A stretch of DNA of 64,000 nucleotides from Flaccisagitta enflata (Eukaryota), in contig OZ231126.1 of assembly GCA_965153355.1 (NCBI GenBank), positions 31,248,001 through 31,312,000 of the forward strand, written 5' to 3'. The first letter of the stretch is position 1. Every line of letters starts with the position of its first letter. Below are positions 30,908 to 46,944 of the stretch, piece by piece. Below the pieces are notes generated by a model. The model was not told the origin of the DNA and made no database searches. It saw nothing but the letters and a program-made list of their open reading frames with translations. The position numbers were made by a program, and so were the translations under genes.

Positions 30908-31951
30908 TTCTTCTTGTCCCATCTCGGTTTTCCTCCATCGGCTGATATTTTTTTCCCCTGATTCGCTTTTTTAGCTTCGACGATTCAGGGAAACTTTTCT
31001 TCTGCTCTCTTTTCTTCCTTCCTCCTTTCAGTTTGAGACTCGCCGTCGCGTTTAAAACCTTTTCCGCTTTTCCTACTTTCGTCTTTTCAATTTTCAGTCG
31101 CGTGCTACGCGACTCTACACCCCGCTTTGTCGGTCCGTTGGTCCATCGGTCCATCGGTTCGTCGATCCGTCGGTCCGTCGGTCCGTCGGTCCGTCGGTCC
31201 GCCCATCCATCACACTACTTTTTTTGGGTTTTTGCGATCTTTGGCCTCGCTGCTCCTGCCCAAGTGAGCAAGTGACCTCCAATACGGCCCCTGCCCACCC
31301 GCGCGCTACTGGGGTAGCCGTGTATCCGGCCTTGTTGCTTTTTTCATTTGATTTGCTTCTTTTTTTTTCATCAGACTTTTTTCGTTTTTCATTGTATTTC
31401 TTTTTTTTTTCTTTTGACTTTCTCCTCTGTCCATTTGACTTTTTTCGGTTTGCTTCAGACTTTAGAAACCTTTTTTTGACTTTTTCCTGTTAACATTGGA
31501 CTTTTTTCCTTCCTTATTTGACTTGTTTCTTTTTCGATTTGACTTTTTTCTTTTTCGAGTTTACTACTTTCATTTTCCGTCGGACTTTTTGACTCTTTTT
31601 ATTTGACTTTTTTCTTTTTTCCATTGGCCGGCTGACTCTTTTCAAATCACTTTTATTCATTTTCATTTGACTTTTTGGTTTCATTTGACTTTCTCCTTTT
31701 CCTTTTCCATTTTTTCCTTTTTCTGTTTTTCTTTTTCTTCGTTGACGTTTCCTTTTTCCCTTTTTGCTCGAGGCAAAATCAGTCGTTAAGGTATTCATTA
31801 GTTTTTCGATACCGCCTACCTCGGCTACCTCGACTATCTTGACTATCTTGACTACCTTGACTTTCTTTACTCTCTCACTTTCCCCGCCTCCTCTCTTTCC
31901 GGCTAGTGATCCTCCTCCTGCAGACAGAACCTCTTTCCCTTCCCTCCGTTT

Positions 31952-32629
31952 TTAGTCGCGTGCTACGCGACTCTACACCCCGCTTTGTCCGTCGGTTGGT
32001 CGGTCGGTCGGTCGGTCGGTCACACTTTACTTTTTTTATCCGTTTTATTCCTACTAACTCATTTTCAGTAAATTAGATCATTTAAAGTCAAATTAGATCA
32101 TTTTAAGTCATTTTGGGTCATTTATAGTCAGTTTAAGTCATTTGAGTTATTTTAATAGTTTTCAGCATTTTAGTGATTTTAGGTCCATTTAAGTCAATTT
32201 AGTTCAGTTAAGTTCAATTTAAGTCATTCTTGGTCAATTTAAGTCATTTAAAGTCATTTAAAGTTATTTTAAGTCAATTTAAGTCAATTTAAGTCATTTT
32301 AGTCACTGGGTCATTTTAGTCATTTTAGGCCAATTCAAGTCAATTTAGGTCATTTTAAGTCATTTTAGGTCATTTTAAATCATTTTAAGTAATCTTATAT
32401 CAATTAAATTCAATGAAAGTTATTTTAGTTATGTAGTTATGACAGGTGGAACAACATCCCTCACTATACCCAAACTAAAGATATGGAAGAGGGCCTTGTG
32501 AGCCCTCACTGACTAGTTACTACGCGCATCACTCCTAGTTTTCCATTTAGCATAACCAACTTAGCAAACTTCTTATGTAATAAAGTAATCATTTAAGTCT
32601 CGCACGCGACTTATAGGTGTTGGCTTGTT
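31952..32629 (+). mobile_element. HINE family A long form (aagtcatttt array)
   Basis: Same tail as 1060-2984 (aagtctcgcacgcgacttataggtgttggc(c)ttgtt). A third copy is at 37041-37314. Confidence 0.8.
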
Positions 32630-32713
32630 CTTTTTCTTTTTCCCTTTCTCCTTTTCTTTCTTTTTCTTTTTCACTATCTTCTCTCTTCTTTTTCCACTCT
32701 TCTTCAACGTCCA

Positions 32714-34510
<1,797 letters not shown>

Positions 34511-35626
34511 CATCTACCTATGCATTCTCCCTATCCCTTACCTCTCCTTCTTCATCCCCACCAGCAGTCCCACCAAATCCGACTCACTTTCCTTTCTCAT
34601 CCAAAGTTTTGGTCTTTTTCGGCTTATTTTGTGTCGATTGAATTGGATTCAGAAAAGCGTCACTTTTTCCTCGACTCGAGTCGACAAAAGTCTGGTTGCC
34701 GACGTGAGCAACTTCGATTCCAGTGTGTTTGAAGCTGTCGACCTAAGTCTGGTTGCCTACATAAAAATCATAACTTTGATTGTGTTCTACGCTGTCAGCA
34801 TAAGTCTGATAGCCGACATGAGCAACATTGCTTCCAATGTGTTTTAGGGTGACATAAGCACCATCATCGTCCCATATCAGTTTACCGACTTGAGCAAAGG
34901 TTTCATTGATGTCAATATCCTGCAGTTTGCCGACATGAGGAATTCTTTCCAATTCGTTGTTATCAATACTGCCGCGGTTTTCATTTTTGCTTCCTGATTT
35001 TTTAGACTTGCCGACGAAGTTAGCTAAGTTGTAGAGGTTGTTAATGTGTTTTTTTTGCTTGTCTAAGCTGCCATCATTTTTGCTGACGTAAATTTCATTG
35101 TGGCCGAAGTATTTGTCATTATTGCCGACATATTTGTCATTGCTGTCGACGTAATTGTCACTGTTGAAGATATAATTTTTAATGCTGCCCACAAAACTGT
35201 CATCGTTGAATTTGTCATTCTTGCCAACTTATTTGTCCATGCATCCAACATACTTGTTAACCTAGCCGACATATCTGTCATTGTTGCCGATGCAATTGTA
35301 AATGCTGCCCACATACCTGTCATCGTTGCTGACAAATTTGTCATTCTTGCCAATGTTTTTGTCCATGCTGCCAACATACCTGTTGATGTAGCCGACGTAT
35401 TTGTCATTGTTGCCAACATAATTGTCAGCGCTGCCGACATACCTGTCAACGTTGCCGACGTATTTGTTATCTTTGCCGACGTATTTGCCAAAGTTGCTGA
35501 CGTATTGGTCATTGTTGCCCAAATATTTGTCATTGTTGCCGACGTATTTGCCAAAGCTGTTGCTCTCCGTTTTTCCACCTAAAATAAAAAGGATTTGAAA
35601 AATGTTTCAGAACCCCGGAAATGATA

Positions 35627-36135
35627 CAGTAGATGTCGTCTAGACTTAGAAATACAGGGGCCCTCATATCTTAAATATCATTTATGTAACTGAAATGAAA
35701 CTGTGTGTGTATGATGCTTATGACCTGAAGGGTTGACGATGGGGTATGGCAGCTCTGTGAATGGAAAACACTCTTGAATACACACAATCAAATTCTCTCT
35801 ATTTAACCAGCTTCAAAAGTTGGTCTAGTGGTTAACTCACTAGACTTCAGATTTATCAGTCACAGATCTTTTCATTTAAGGTGCCAGGTTTGATTCCTCG
35901 GCTGGTTTTGCTATTTAAGCGAATAGATGAAGTTGAAATTCTGCAAAAAAAAAGATTGTTCCCACAGTTTTATACTAAAAGTCGTTTTCCTAAGGTAAGC
36001 CGTAGGAGGATACCATACCCCATCGTCAACCCTTTAAGGTTTACACATTACACCTGCAAAATATCAGCCCCCTCACTTTACTAATTCTCAGGTTATGAGC
36101 TCCCCCGTATTTTTAAGTCTTGACGACATCTACTG
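35627..36135. mobile_element. TA-flanked pogo/Tc1-type MITE with an inner inverted repeat (~35728-36035)
   Basis: TIR cagtagatgtcgtc.agactta. Inner aagggttgacgatggggtatgg / ccataccccatcgtcaaccctt. Confidence 0.8.
35807..35905 (+). pseudogene. Degenerate tRNA-like sequence (pseudo-tRNA or SINE head)
   Basis: A-box-like tggtctagtggtta, B-box-like ggtttgattcc, ccagc/gctgg ends. Acceptor stem and T-loop are damaged. Confidence 0.4.
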
Positions 36136-36784
36136 TATCGACAAAAATGCCACTCGCATGCGCTATCCATGTCTGTCTATCTGCCGGTTTGCCTGTCTGT
36201 CTGTCTGTCTGTCTGTATGTCTGTGTGTCATACTATCTCACTGTCTGACTGTCTGTCTGTCTATCTGTTGGTCGGTCTGTCTGTCTGAATAATCCGATGT
36301 CCGTGTGCCTGTCTCCAACTCTTGGCTTCCTTTCTCATTCTGTCTACATGCCTGTTTGTTTTGTTTTTGCTTCGTTATATTGATTTTCGTTTTTTTTTTT
36401 TGTTTTTTTTTTTAGAGCATCTCTTTAAGAGGCTATGTCAGTTCATTGGTCTAATCTTCCGGCCGTCAGTCTCTCATACTCGAGTTAAAAGTCGCAAAAG
36501 CATTAGATGGTCAGCGGTACCCGTGCCCTATCTAAGTAGGTTATGATTAAAGTTAAAGTAAGTATTAGCATAAGATATTGAAATGGTTTTCGTAGCCTTT
36601 CGAGACCATGATTTTCGGATTCCCCGACGAAAATACTGCGGACTAGCTGAAAATGGCATATTTCTAGCAATATCAAAACCTTTTTTGTCCATACTGTTCA
36701 CAAGACCTTAAAGTGAATATTTTGCTGCCTATTTGCTTTGTAGATTGAAACTGATTGACTGAATAAAACCAGTGAAAGAGAGAT

Positions 36785-36876
<92 letters not shown>

Positions 36877-37588
36877 AAGAAAGTGAAAGAGAGAAAGTAA
36901 GAAAGAAAGTAAGAAAGAAAAAGATAGAGAGAGAGACAGAGAGAAAAAGAGTGAGAGAGAGATGCTTGAAGATTTTTGTAAATATTGTCTTTTTCTTCTT
37001 CTTCTCTCTCTCTCTCTCTCTCTTTATTTCGAAATATTTTTTAGTCGCGTGCACGCAACTCTACAACCCGCTTTGTCTGTCGGTCGGTCGGTTGGTCAAA
37101 CTTTACTTTTTTCATCACTTTTATTGCTTTAAGTTATTTCTAGTCATTCTAAGTAATTTTAAGGCATCCTAAGTCATTTTTAGTCATTTTAAGTCATTTT
37201 AAGTCATTTTTGGTCATTTTAGGTCATTCTAAGTCATTCCAAGTCATTCTTAGGCATTCTAAGTCATTTTCAGTCAGTAAGTCTTGCACGCGACTTATAG
37301 GTGTTGGCCTTGTTTCATTACATTTACTTAACTTGCATATTTGAGTAATATCTTTGAACACAAGCTGATGCTAGCTGACACTACTGATCAGGATGAGATT
37401 TTGCATAGGAATGGATATATATCAGGGGCAGTTGAATCTCGGTCTGCAGCTTTATGCAAGCACTGGAAGTTGGTCAAATCAATGTTTTGATATTTCATGT
37501 ATTCAAAATAGTGTTAGGAAAATAAAAGAAATTTCTCAAAATAAAAGAAATTTCTCAAATTTTGCTTGAATCCATATCATGTCATGCT

Positions 37589-38202
37589 TACGCTGAGGAG
37601 AATACACTTTTTTTCATGCAGGGACCCAGAGGAGGGCCCAGATCTTTGTATTTTGATGTAACTAATGTATTCCATAAATTTCAGGACCATAGCCATTCTT
37701 AAACCTTCATCATATTGCACTTGAAAAATGGTTCATCCTTAAGGGGGCTAAAATTTCAAAATCATTTTTCCTCAAATCTGATGCTAGATTCAGATTCCTT
37801 GTAAAAAATTATGTCCGATACTATATTTTCTTTTTTTGAAATTTTGTTTTTAAGCTGGAAAAAATGCAAAAATCCTTTAAAAAGACCTTGTTTTTTAAAA
37901 ACCTTTATTTTTGGAGGTTTTTTGCATTTTTTTCAGCTTAAAAACAAAATTTTGAAAAAAGAAAATATCGTATCCGACATAATTTTTTACAAGGAATCTA
38001 AATCTGGCATCAGATTTGAGGAAAAATGATTTTGAAATTTTGGCCCCCTTAAGGATGAACCATTTTTCAGGTGCAATATGATGAAGGTTTAAGAATGGCT
38101 ATAGTCCTGAAATTTTTAGAATACATTAGTTACATCAAAATACAAAGATCTGGGCCCTCCTCTGGGTCCCAGCATGAAAAAAAGTGTATTCTCCTCAGCG
38201 TA
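37589..38202. mobile_element. Fold-back palindromic element (~610 bp; inner ttaagggggc...gcccccttaa, Kolobok-like)
   Basis: Arms tacgctgaggagaatacac... / ...gtgtattctcctcagcgta. Weaker symmetry continues outward. Confidence 0.85.
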
Positions 38203-39095
38203 GTCATGCTGCACAAGATTCCAGAAAAATAAGAGGATATTTTGAATTATTAATTGCATATTATTTAGCTAAATGAAACACGCATAAATGATATTTTGTT
38301 ATAAACGATTTTTGTATGTAACAAACATTACAGCAAATCTATAGTCTATAGTCTATAGTCAAAAGTCTCACAATTCTAGATATACTTTTTATTCCTTATT
38401 ATCTTTATATTAACCATTTCAAATTTAGAAAAGGACTCAACACTTGATCCAATGACAGCAAACATTATTCCAGAGGACATTCCGCTCTTCTGCAAATACT
38501 TAGTTAAAGGGGGAACAGGGCAGCTGCCCGAAAGGGGTTGATGACCTATGCTTTCACACATATGGGGAATTTTTTCTTCCTTCTTCTCCTTCTCTTCCTC
38601 CACTGTCCCCCTCCCCTCTGACTCAGATAGCCTCAAGGCAAATCCCAGCCTTCAGGCCCAAATCCCAGCCTTGAGGCCCAAATCCCAGTCCTGGGGATTC
38701 AAGGATGACATTTGAGCATCAAAGCTGAGATCTGGGCCTCAAGACTGGGATTTGGGCCTGAAGGCTGGGATTTGGGCCTTGAGGCTAGGATCTGAGTCAG
38801 AAAGGGGGGGGGGGCAATAAGAAGGGGAAGGAGAAGAAGGAGGAAAAAATCCCCTATATGTGTGCAAGCATAGGTCATTGACCCCTTCGGGGCCGCTGCC
38901 TGTGTGAGAACACGATTTCCGCCCCTGCTGTTCCCTATCCGCAACGATTTTGCGACCACGGGCTACTTCTTCATCTTTCTCACTGACGGTTCTTTAAAAC
39001 GTTAACTCTCTCATAAGTCATAATCTATCTCTATTTCTTTTGGCCTCACTATCTTTCTGTTTCTCTGTCTGACTTTCTCACTCACTCACTGACTC

Positions 39096-39323
<228 letters not shown>

Positions 39324-39342
39324 GTACGTGTCTCTGTCAGTT

Positions 39343-39419
<77 letters not shown>

Positions 39420-39484
39420 CATCTCACACTCTATTAGAAATTTCAGTTGGAGCCCTTTGCTTTGTCTTTTTGATGAAAATTCTT

Positions 39485-40222
39485 TTTGGTCGCGTGAACG
39501 CGACTCTAGAAGCCGCTGTGTCGGTTGGTCTGTCGGTCGGTCGGTCGGTCACGTAACTTTTTTGAAATATGGCTCTAATCTTCATTTTGAAGGTACTTTA
39601 GGGTACTTAAGGGTACTTAAGGGTACTTTAGGGTAATTCCAGGTACATTAGGTACTTAAGGGTACAGTTGAACCCCGCTCTAACAGATTTCAGGGGACCA
39701 ACAGTTTTCTTCTGTTATAGGCGGACTTCTGTTATTGCCAACAAAGGAAATAAAAGAAATTAACTTGAAGGGACCATCAATTTATGTCTGTTATAGGCGG
39801 GATTCCGTTGGTGGCAGGTCCGTTAGAGCGGGGTTCAACTGTACTTTAGGCTAGGAGGTACTTAAAGCACCTAAAGTACCTAAAGTACCAAAAGTACCTA
39901 ACTAAAGTACCCTAAACTAAAGTACCCTAAAGTACCTTAAGTACCCCAAAGTACCCTTAAGTACCCCAAAGTACTTAATGTACCTAAAGTACCCTTAAGT
40001 ACCCAAAACTACCTTAAAGTACTCTAAACTACCTTTAGTACCTAGAATACTTTAATGTGATTTTATTGCCTTAATTACCTGTATTACTTTTATTACCTTT
40101 ATTACCTTTATTACCTTTATTATCTTTATTATCTTTATTACTTTTATTTCTTTATTACTTTTATTACCTTTATTACCTTTATTACCTTTATTACCACGCG
40201 ACTAAGGTTCGTTGACCTTGTT
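39485..40222 (+). mobile_element. HINE family A-related long form (gggtacttaa arrays)
   Basis: ggtcgcgtgaacgcgact head, cacgcgact, hairpin aaggt..acctt, then gtt. Confidence 0.7.
39665..39841. mobile_element. pogo/Tigger-like MITE (177 bp)
   Basis: Perfect 20-bp TIR cagttgaaccccgctctaac, TA TSD. Relatives at 63494-63774 and ~63276-63449. Confidence 0.92.
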
Positions 40223-40253
40223 TTTTCTCTAATGGGTTAATCCGAAATTGAAC

Positions 40254-40479
<226 letters not shown>

Positions 40480-42265
40480 CTGAATGAAATTTCAATCCCA
40501 GTAAATCTGAAATCCGAGCAGATTGACAAAATTGAATATTGTAGTGATGCGGTGTGATGCCAATCAATCTTTTAATCTTCCAATTCGATTTAATTCGATT
40601 CAATTCAGTTCAATAAAGAAGAGAAAAGAAAAGAAGAGAAACGAAAAGAAAAGAAAAGAAAAGAAAAGAAAAGAAAAGAAAAGAAAAGAAAAGAAAAGAA
40701 AAGAAAAAAAAAGTAAAGAAAAGAAAAGAAAAGAAAAGAAAAGAAAAGAAAAGAAAAGAAAAGAAAAGAAAAGAAAAGAAAAGAAAAGAAAAGAAAAGAA
40801 AAGAAAAGAAAAAAAAAGAAAAGAAAAAAGAAAAAACAAAGAAACCATCACGGACGACTCACAAGGTAAAGGCCCAGAGGAAGCAAGATATGTGAAGACA
40901 GATGAGGTAAATAATGATACAGACAATGATGAAAGCAATCAAAGGTTTATAGAAACAAAGAGTGAGAAAAATCACAGGAAAAAATGAGGTTAAGGAGGAA
41001 GCGGAGGAAAATTGATGAGAAGGTGAAGGAGGAGGGGAAAGGAGTTGTTGAAAGAAGAAGGTAGATAAGGAAAAGACAAGGCCGGATACACGGCTACCTT
41101 AGTCGCGTGCGGGTGGGCAGGGGCAGTATTTGAGTTACTAAAGCACTTGGGCAAGTGCAGTGAGGCCAAAGACCGCAAAAACATAAAAAAAGTAAAATGG
41201 GGACCAACCAACCGACCGACCGACCGACGGACGGACAAAGCGGGGTGGAGTGTCGCGTAGCACGCGACTAAAAAGAAGAGGAAAAAGAACAATTTCTAGC
41301 TGGGCCACTTGTCTTAGGTTTTTACTTGCTTCTTCGTTTGTTCGTTCAACTTTCTCAATTCCTCTCTGAAGTTCAGGTTACCTAATTTAATGCAGATATA
41401 CACATACAGCAACTGAAATCATCAGAGAATTTCCATTTTACAGTTAGCAGACAAATTCTCATCTGGGTATACAGATTCCAGTTTGTCCATGGTCCAGTTG
41501 GCTGATCATTTAAGAGTTATAAAAATTTCAAATACAACGTCTTGGTCACATTCATGCAACACATATTTGGATAATTGTATGAGTAGGGAATGGAGAGAAC
41601 CAAAATCTTTCCCAGTAGGCGACTAAACTCTGGTGGAGTAACATCCTGAACGATCTGCATCATTTCCTGTGCCCAAAGTTGCTGAAAAGTTGCATCTATA
41701 CAAGTTGCTGAAAAGTTGCATCTATACAGGACCTAAGAATTTTTGGCTAAAACTCAAGTTTGTCATGTCTCTTAGATCCTCTGAGTCTCATGTTACATGA
41801 TAAATGCTTTGGTTGTAACAATAAATGATAGTTGGTAATGCTGTTTGGTGTAGCTGTGTGCAGAAGACAGTGGAACATGCAAGAATACAGCGGTTGCTGC
41901 AAATTGCTGCACTTTGGGTGATTAATTACAGCAAGTTCCCGTCGTTTGAGAATTTGATGAAAAATGCAATGCAGAACTTGATTTAAAGGTAATGATTTCA
42001 GTGATTGCAGCTTTTATTTTGTGAATTGATGCTTGCTCAGGAAATTTTACCTTTTTCAAAGCCCTTACTGCAGCAAAAAGCTGCTGAAGCTTATCTGGTT
42101 TACAGCAATGTCCTGATTGTCCTAAAGATTTTGAAAATTAGATCAAAAAGAGGATGGAGACCACAATATAGTGGACGTGATGTACTGAATGATCTCAGTT
42201 AGAGCTTTGTAACATATTTCTACTGGGTATATTTTACCTTTGTAACAAGCTGCAGCAAGCTGCAG

Positions 42266-43700
42266 TAAGTGTGCAGAAAGCCACAGTAAGTTGCAGCAAG
42301 CAAGCAAGATCCTTGTGATATTTTACCATTCCAGCTCTCACTGCTTTTGAAAATTTGGTCAAAAATCTTATTAAAGTCAGTTTTATCCTCTTGATTGTCT
42401 GCTGGAAAACATTTTTTTTTGCTGCAAGCTGCTGCAAGCTACAGCAAGTAAGCTGCATTGGATATTTTTCCCTTGCTACAGATTGACACAGGGAAGCATA
42501 AGGCAAGCTCTTTGAGACATTTTATTTCATAACCTGTGCAGCAAACATACATTAGTGCAGGGGCATATACTTCCCCCCCTCCCCAGACACTCACACATTC
42601 CTGGGCATTCATAATGGACTGGCAGGCAATTGACGGACCGACAAACAGATAGAAAATGCCTTCAACTGAAATTGTAATCAATGTAACAAGAACGCTTCCC
42701 CATTAATGTGTGGGTGGGCAGGGGCAACATTTGAGGTCATTCAAAACCGACTAACTGACTGACCAACTGACTGACCAACCTACAGACTAACAAAGTGGGG
42801 TGTAGAGTCGCCTAGCACGCGACTAAAAATAGATTTGAATAACTTTGTAAGTTGCTACAATCAGGATTATATTGTTTTAGATGCGTCCTTCAGGAATGCA
42901 TCTCAATAGGAGATCCATTTTGTCGGTGCCTTCCATCTGTCCCTTTCACCTGTGTAAAAACTACTTCTTGGCTTTCTTTAGCCACAGTAAGATCCTACAC
43001 TAGATAAAAGGATCAACAAACATGGTTTGAGAGCTTCATTTCTACTCTGTCATTTGATATGTCTGCTCGTCCATGTGTCTCTTGATATAAGTCATAAGTG
43101 TGCAGAAAGCCGCAGTAAGTTGCAGCAAGCAAGCAAGATCCTCGTGATATTTTACCATTCCAGCTCTCATCGCTTTTGAAAATTTGGTCAAAAATCTTAT
43201 TAAAGTCAGTTTTAACCTGTTGATTGTCTGCTGGAAAACATTTTCTTTTGCTGCAAGCTGCTGCAAGCTACAGCAAGTTAGCTACATTGGATATTTTTCC
43301 CTTGCTACAGATTGACGCAGGGAAGCATAAGGCAAGCTCTTTGAGACATTTTATTTCATAACCTGTGCAGCAAACATACATTAGTACAGGGCCATTTACT
43401 TCCCCCCCTCAATGTAACAAGAACGCTTCCCCATTAACGTGTGGGTGGGCAGGGGCAACATTTGACGTCATTCAAAACCGACTAACTGACTGACCAACTG
43501 ACTGATCTCAATAGGAGATCCGTTTTGTCGGTGCCTTCCATCTGTCAGTTTCACCTGTGTAAAAACTACTTCTTGGCTTTCTTTAGCCACAGTGAGATCC
43601 TACACTAGATAAAAGGATCAACAAACATGGTTTGAGAGCCTCATTTCTACTCTGTCATTTGATATATCTGTTCGTCCATGTGTCTCTTGATATAAGTCAT
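42266..43700. repeat. Tandem duplication (~830-bp offset; second copy has internal deletions)
   Basis: taagtgtgcagaaagcc.cagtaagttgcagc... at ~42266 and ~43095. ctcaataggagatcc... at ~42902 and ~43507. Confidence 0.85.
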
Positions 43701-44476
43701 AAGCGTTTAGCAGCCAATTGGGCTTGTTATTGAGTAGGAACATCCGACCTAAAAATTTAAGTCAGTGCCATTTTTAGATGCAGGCTATGCAACTCTTTTA
43801 TCAGTTAAGTGAGTCTGTCATTGGTTCCATCTGTAGATAAAAAAGTGCAGAGGGATGAATACCAGGGGATTTGACAAAAAAACATAAGATGAGAGGCTTG
43901 TTCTCAGTATGATGGGTTTTAGTCGTGTGCTATGCAACGGTATACACCACTGTCTGTCCATTCATTGGTTGGTTTGCAGCGGCTCCAAAGGCGTTGATAA
44001 CCTATGCTTCCACACATATGGGGAATTTTTTCCTTATTCTTCTCCTCCGCACCCCCCCTCCCCCAAGTCCCCAGGCCCATATCTCAGCCTCGAGGGGTGG
44101 TACAATGAAGAACAGGTCACCCAAGGGCAATATGTGGTCAGTGATACCCGTTGCCCTCCTTGAGTGATTGTGAATTGGAGTGAGGGGGAGCAGGGCAGCG
44201 GCCCCTAAGGGGACAAAGTCCTGTAGAACACAGGTGGAATTTTGTTCGTCCTGCCTGAAGAAGTGAATGAGATGCTATAGAGGGCTGACTGAAGGCCTTC
44301 AAGAGCCTAAAATGAGGTCTAAGAGGGCTGATGTAAGGCCTTATAATGCCAATCGGAAGCTTGAGAGGGCTAACTTGAAATTTAATAGAGCTGGATGAAG
44401 GCTTGAAAGGTCAGAGGACTAAAATGAAGCCTGAGCGAAATGAATTGAGGCTCAGATAGCTGACTTGAGGCCTGAG

Positions 44477-44792
44477 CAGAGATTAGGTATCGAGATCCGG
44501 CAATCCGTGTAACGGATAGGATATAGGGGTTGTCGCATTGGGCGTATTATCTAGATATCATCGAGATATTTCCTATGTAATATCTCGAAAATGTTCCCAA
44601 TGCGACAACCCCTTCGATGGGATAACGGATAACGGATAAATCACCATGAAAACCGATCGTTCCTCTTCCTCCTCCTCCTCTTCTTTTTCCTCCTCTTTCT
44701 TCCTCTTTTTCCTCCTCTTTCTTCATCTTCTTCTCTTCTATTCTTCCAAGATCCTTTGTTTCTTTGAGTTTGATCTTATACCGCTTTTGGTG

Positions 44793-44840
<48 letters not shown>

Positions 44841-45271
44841 GTCTCTCTCTCTTTCTTAATCTCTCGCTTTTAACAGTGTTTAGGCCAAAGTATGATAGGT
44901 GGAACAATATCCATCTCTTTACCCTAACTGAAATGAATAGAAGAGGGCCTTGTATAGTACGTATAGTAACTATAGAAAGTATTGTAAGAAAAGTAAGAAT
45001 AGTAAGTATAGTAAGTATAGTAAGTATAGTAAGTATAGTAAGTATAGTAAGTATAGTGGTAATGTTGTCCATCTTTCATAACGAGGATTTCCATGAGTCC
45101 AATGCAATGAACCTTTTACAAAATCTGTTCCTTTTACTTAGATAATGTGTAACTTTATATAAATAACGTCCAGTTATTTAGGGATAACGACCTTAGAATA
45201 AAATGGCGGATTTTTACCATATAACGACCTTATAACGGCCGACCACTGACGCTCAGTAATGCTAATCTCTG
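44477..45271. mobile_element. hAT-type element nested in a minus-strand HINE-B (~44130-45540)
   Basis: TIR cagagattag / ctaatctctg, 8-bp TSD ggcctgag. Confidence 0.88.
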
Positions 45272-46944
45272 GGCCTGAGAGGCCAGGTTTGAGGCCTGAG
45301 AATTTAAATTTGAAGCCAGAAAAGCCTAATTTGAGACCTGAGAGGCCAGGTTTTAGGCCTGAGAAGTTGGATTTGAGGCCTGAGAGGCCAAATCTGAGGT
45401 CTCAGAGGCCAGATTTGAGGCCTGAGGGGCCTGATGGGGGGAGGAACAAACAAACAAATGAACAAACGAACAAACGGAAGAACAAAAGTCCCCCTGTGTT
45501 CTACAGGACTTTGTCTCCTTCGGGGCCGCTGTCCAAAAAGGAAAAAATTCCCCATATGTGTGAAAGCTTTGGTCATCAACCCCTTCGGGGCTGCTGCTAA
45601 AAAGGGGACCAACTGACAAACCATCCGACGGACCGCCAAAAGACAATGAAAGAAAATTTTGGGAAATTTTGGCGGTAACGAGTCAAAAAACCGGATTAGT
45701 AAAACACAATTTAACACTATTTGATTTTTAAACATAGTTTTATTGCTTTATCATAGAAAGTCAGAGATTTGATGATGCAACAGGATGAGTCTCAGGGAAG
45801 AAAATCAAAGGTGGGGGGGGGAATAAATCAAAGGTCATGGAACTATATTCACCACTGAATGAACATGATAGAAAATGGTGAAATATATTTTTGAACATAC
45901 GCAATTTGTAGTCACATGATACACCACAACTCAATATCCCGCTATGTTGGTTGGTTGGTCTGCTGGCTGGTCTGATACCATTAGCTTTTTCAGCGTTGTT
46001 GGGCAAAGCTCCTGATAGAGTTGCTAGTTTAAAACTAAAGACTCAATTGCCTATCAATGTGTTCTCAGATTTGCAACATTTTTTGTCATGTGCTACGCGA
46101 CTACACCCCGCTTTGTTGGTCCATAGGTCCGTCTGTTGGTCCACTTGTTGGTCTGTCACCCTTTATTTTTTTTTGTTTTTTTGCGGTCTCTGGCCTCACT
46201 GCTCCTGCCCAAATGATCAAGTGACTTCAATTACGGCCCCTGCCCTCCCGCACATGACTTGGGTGGCCGTGTATCCACCCTTGTTTGGCTTAAATTACCA
46301 TGTTGCCTGCAGCAACATGCTGTAACTTGCAGCAACTTGCAGCAATTTTGAGTTTTGTTTTATTAATCAATCACCTGTTACATTCCATATCAGCAATCAC
46401 ATAAAAAACACTTGGTATTGTTGAAAGTGATCAGGAATTGAAACTTTTTGTGGCGAAAAGCCCTAAAAATGCAGCAATCTTAATGGGAATTTCGATAATT
46501 CACATAGATGAGAAAGATGCTGGATGAGGGCGATTTTTTCAACATTTTTAAGTCCATCTGACGTTTCAGATTGTTGAGAGGGATGTTCCACCAGACATTG
46601 GTCGCCTACTGGGTGGTGTATCTCTCTTATTTACCCCTTTGGGGCTCCGCAGTCCCCCTGCTAGTATGAGTCACATATAGGATGAATTGTTGCACTCGTC
46701 ACTATATGCCAATTTAGTTGGCTGATAAGTCTATCCATGGAACTATCACATTTGTCTATCATAGGTGGATTTTAGTTTGTTTCTATTGCCTTAGCCCACT
46801 AAAGTCCTTTTCGTTTGGGTGACCTAGTTTTGATGGCGAGCTTGGGACTCCATTGGTCGGGGAGTATTGAATGGGAGCTAGTCACTGAATCACGAACTTA
46901 GACTCTAAGTTAGAGCTGGAAATGAAGCCAGTAAGGCCCCATTC

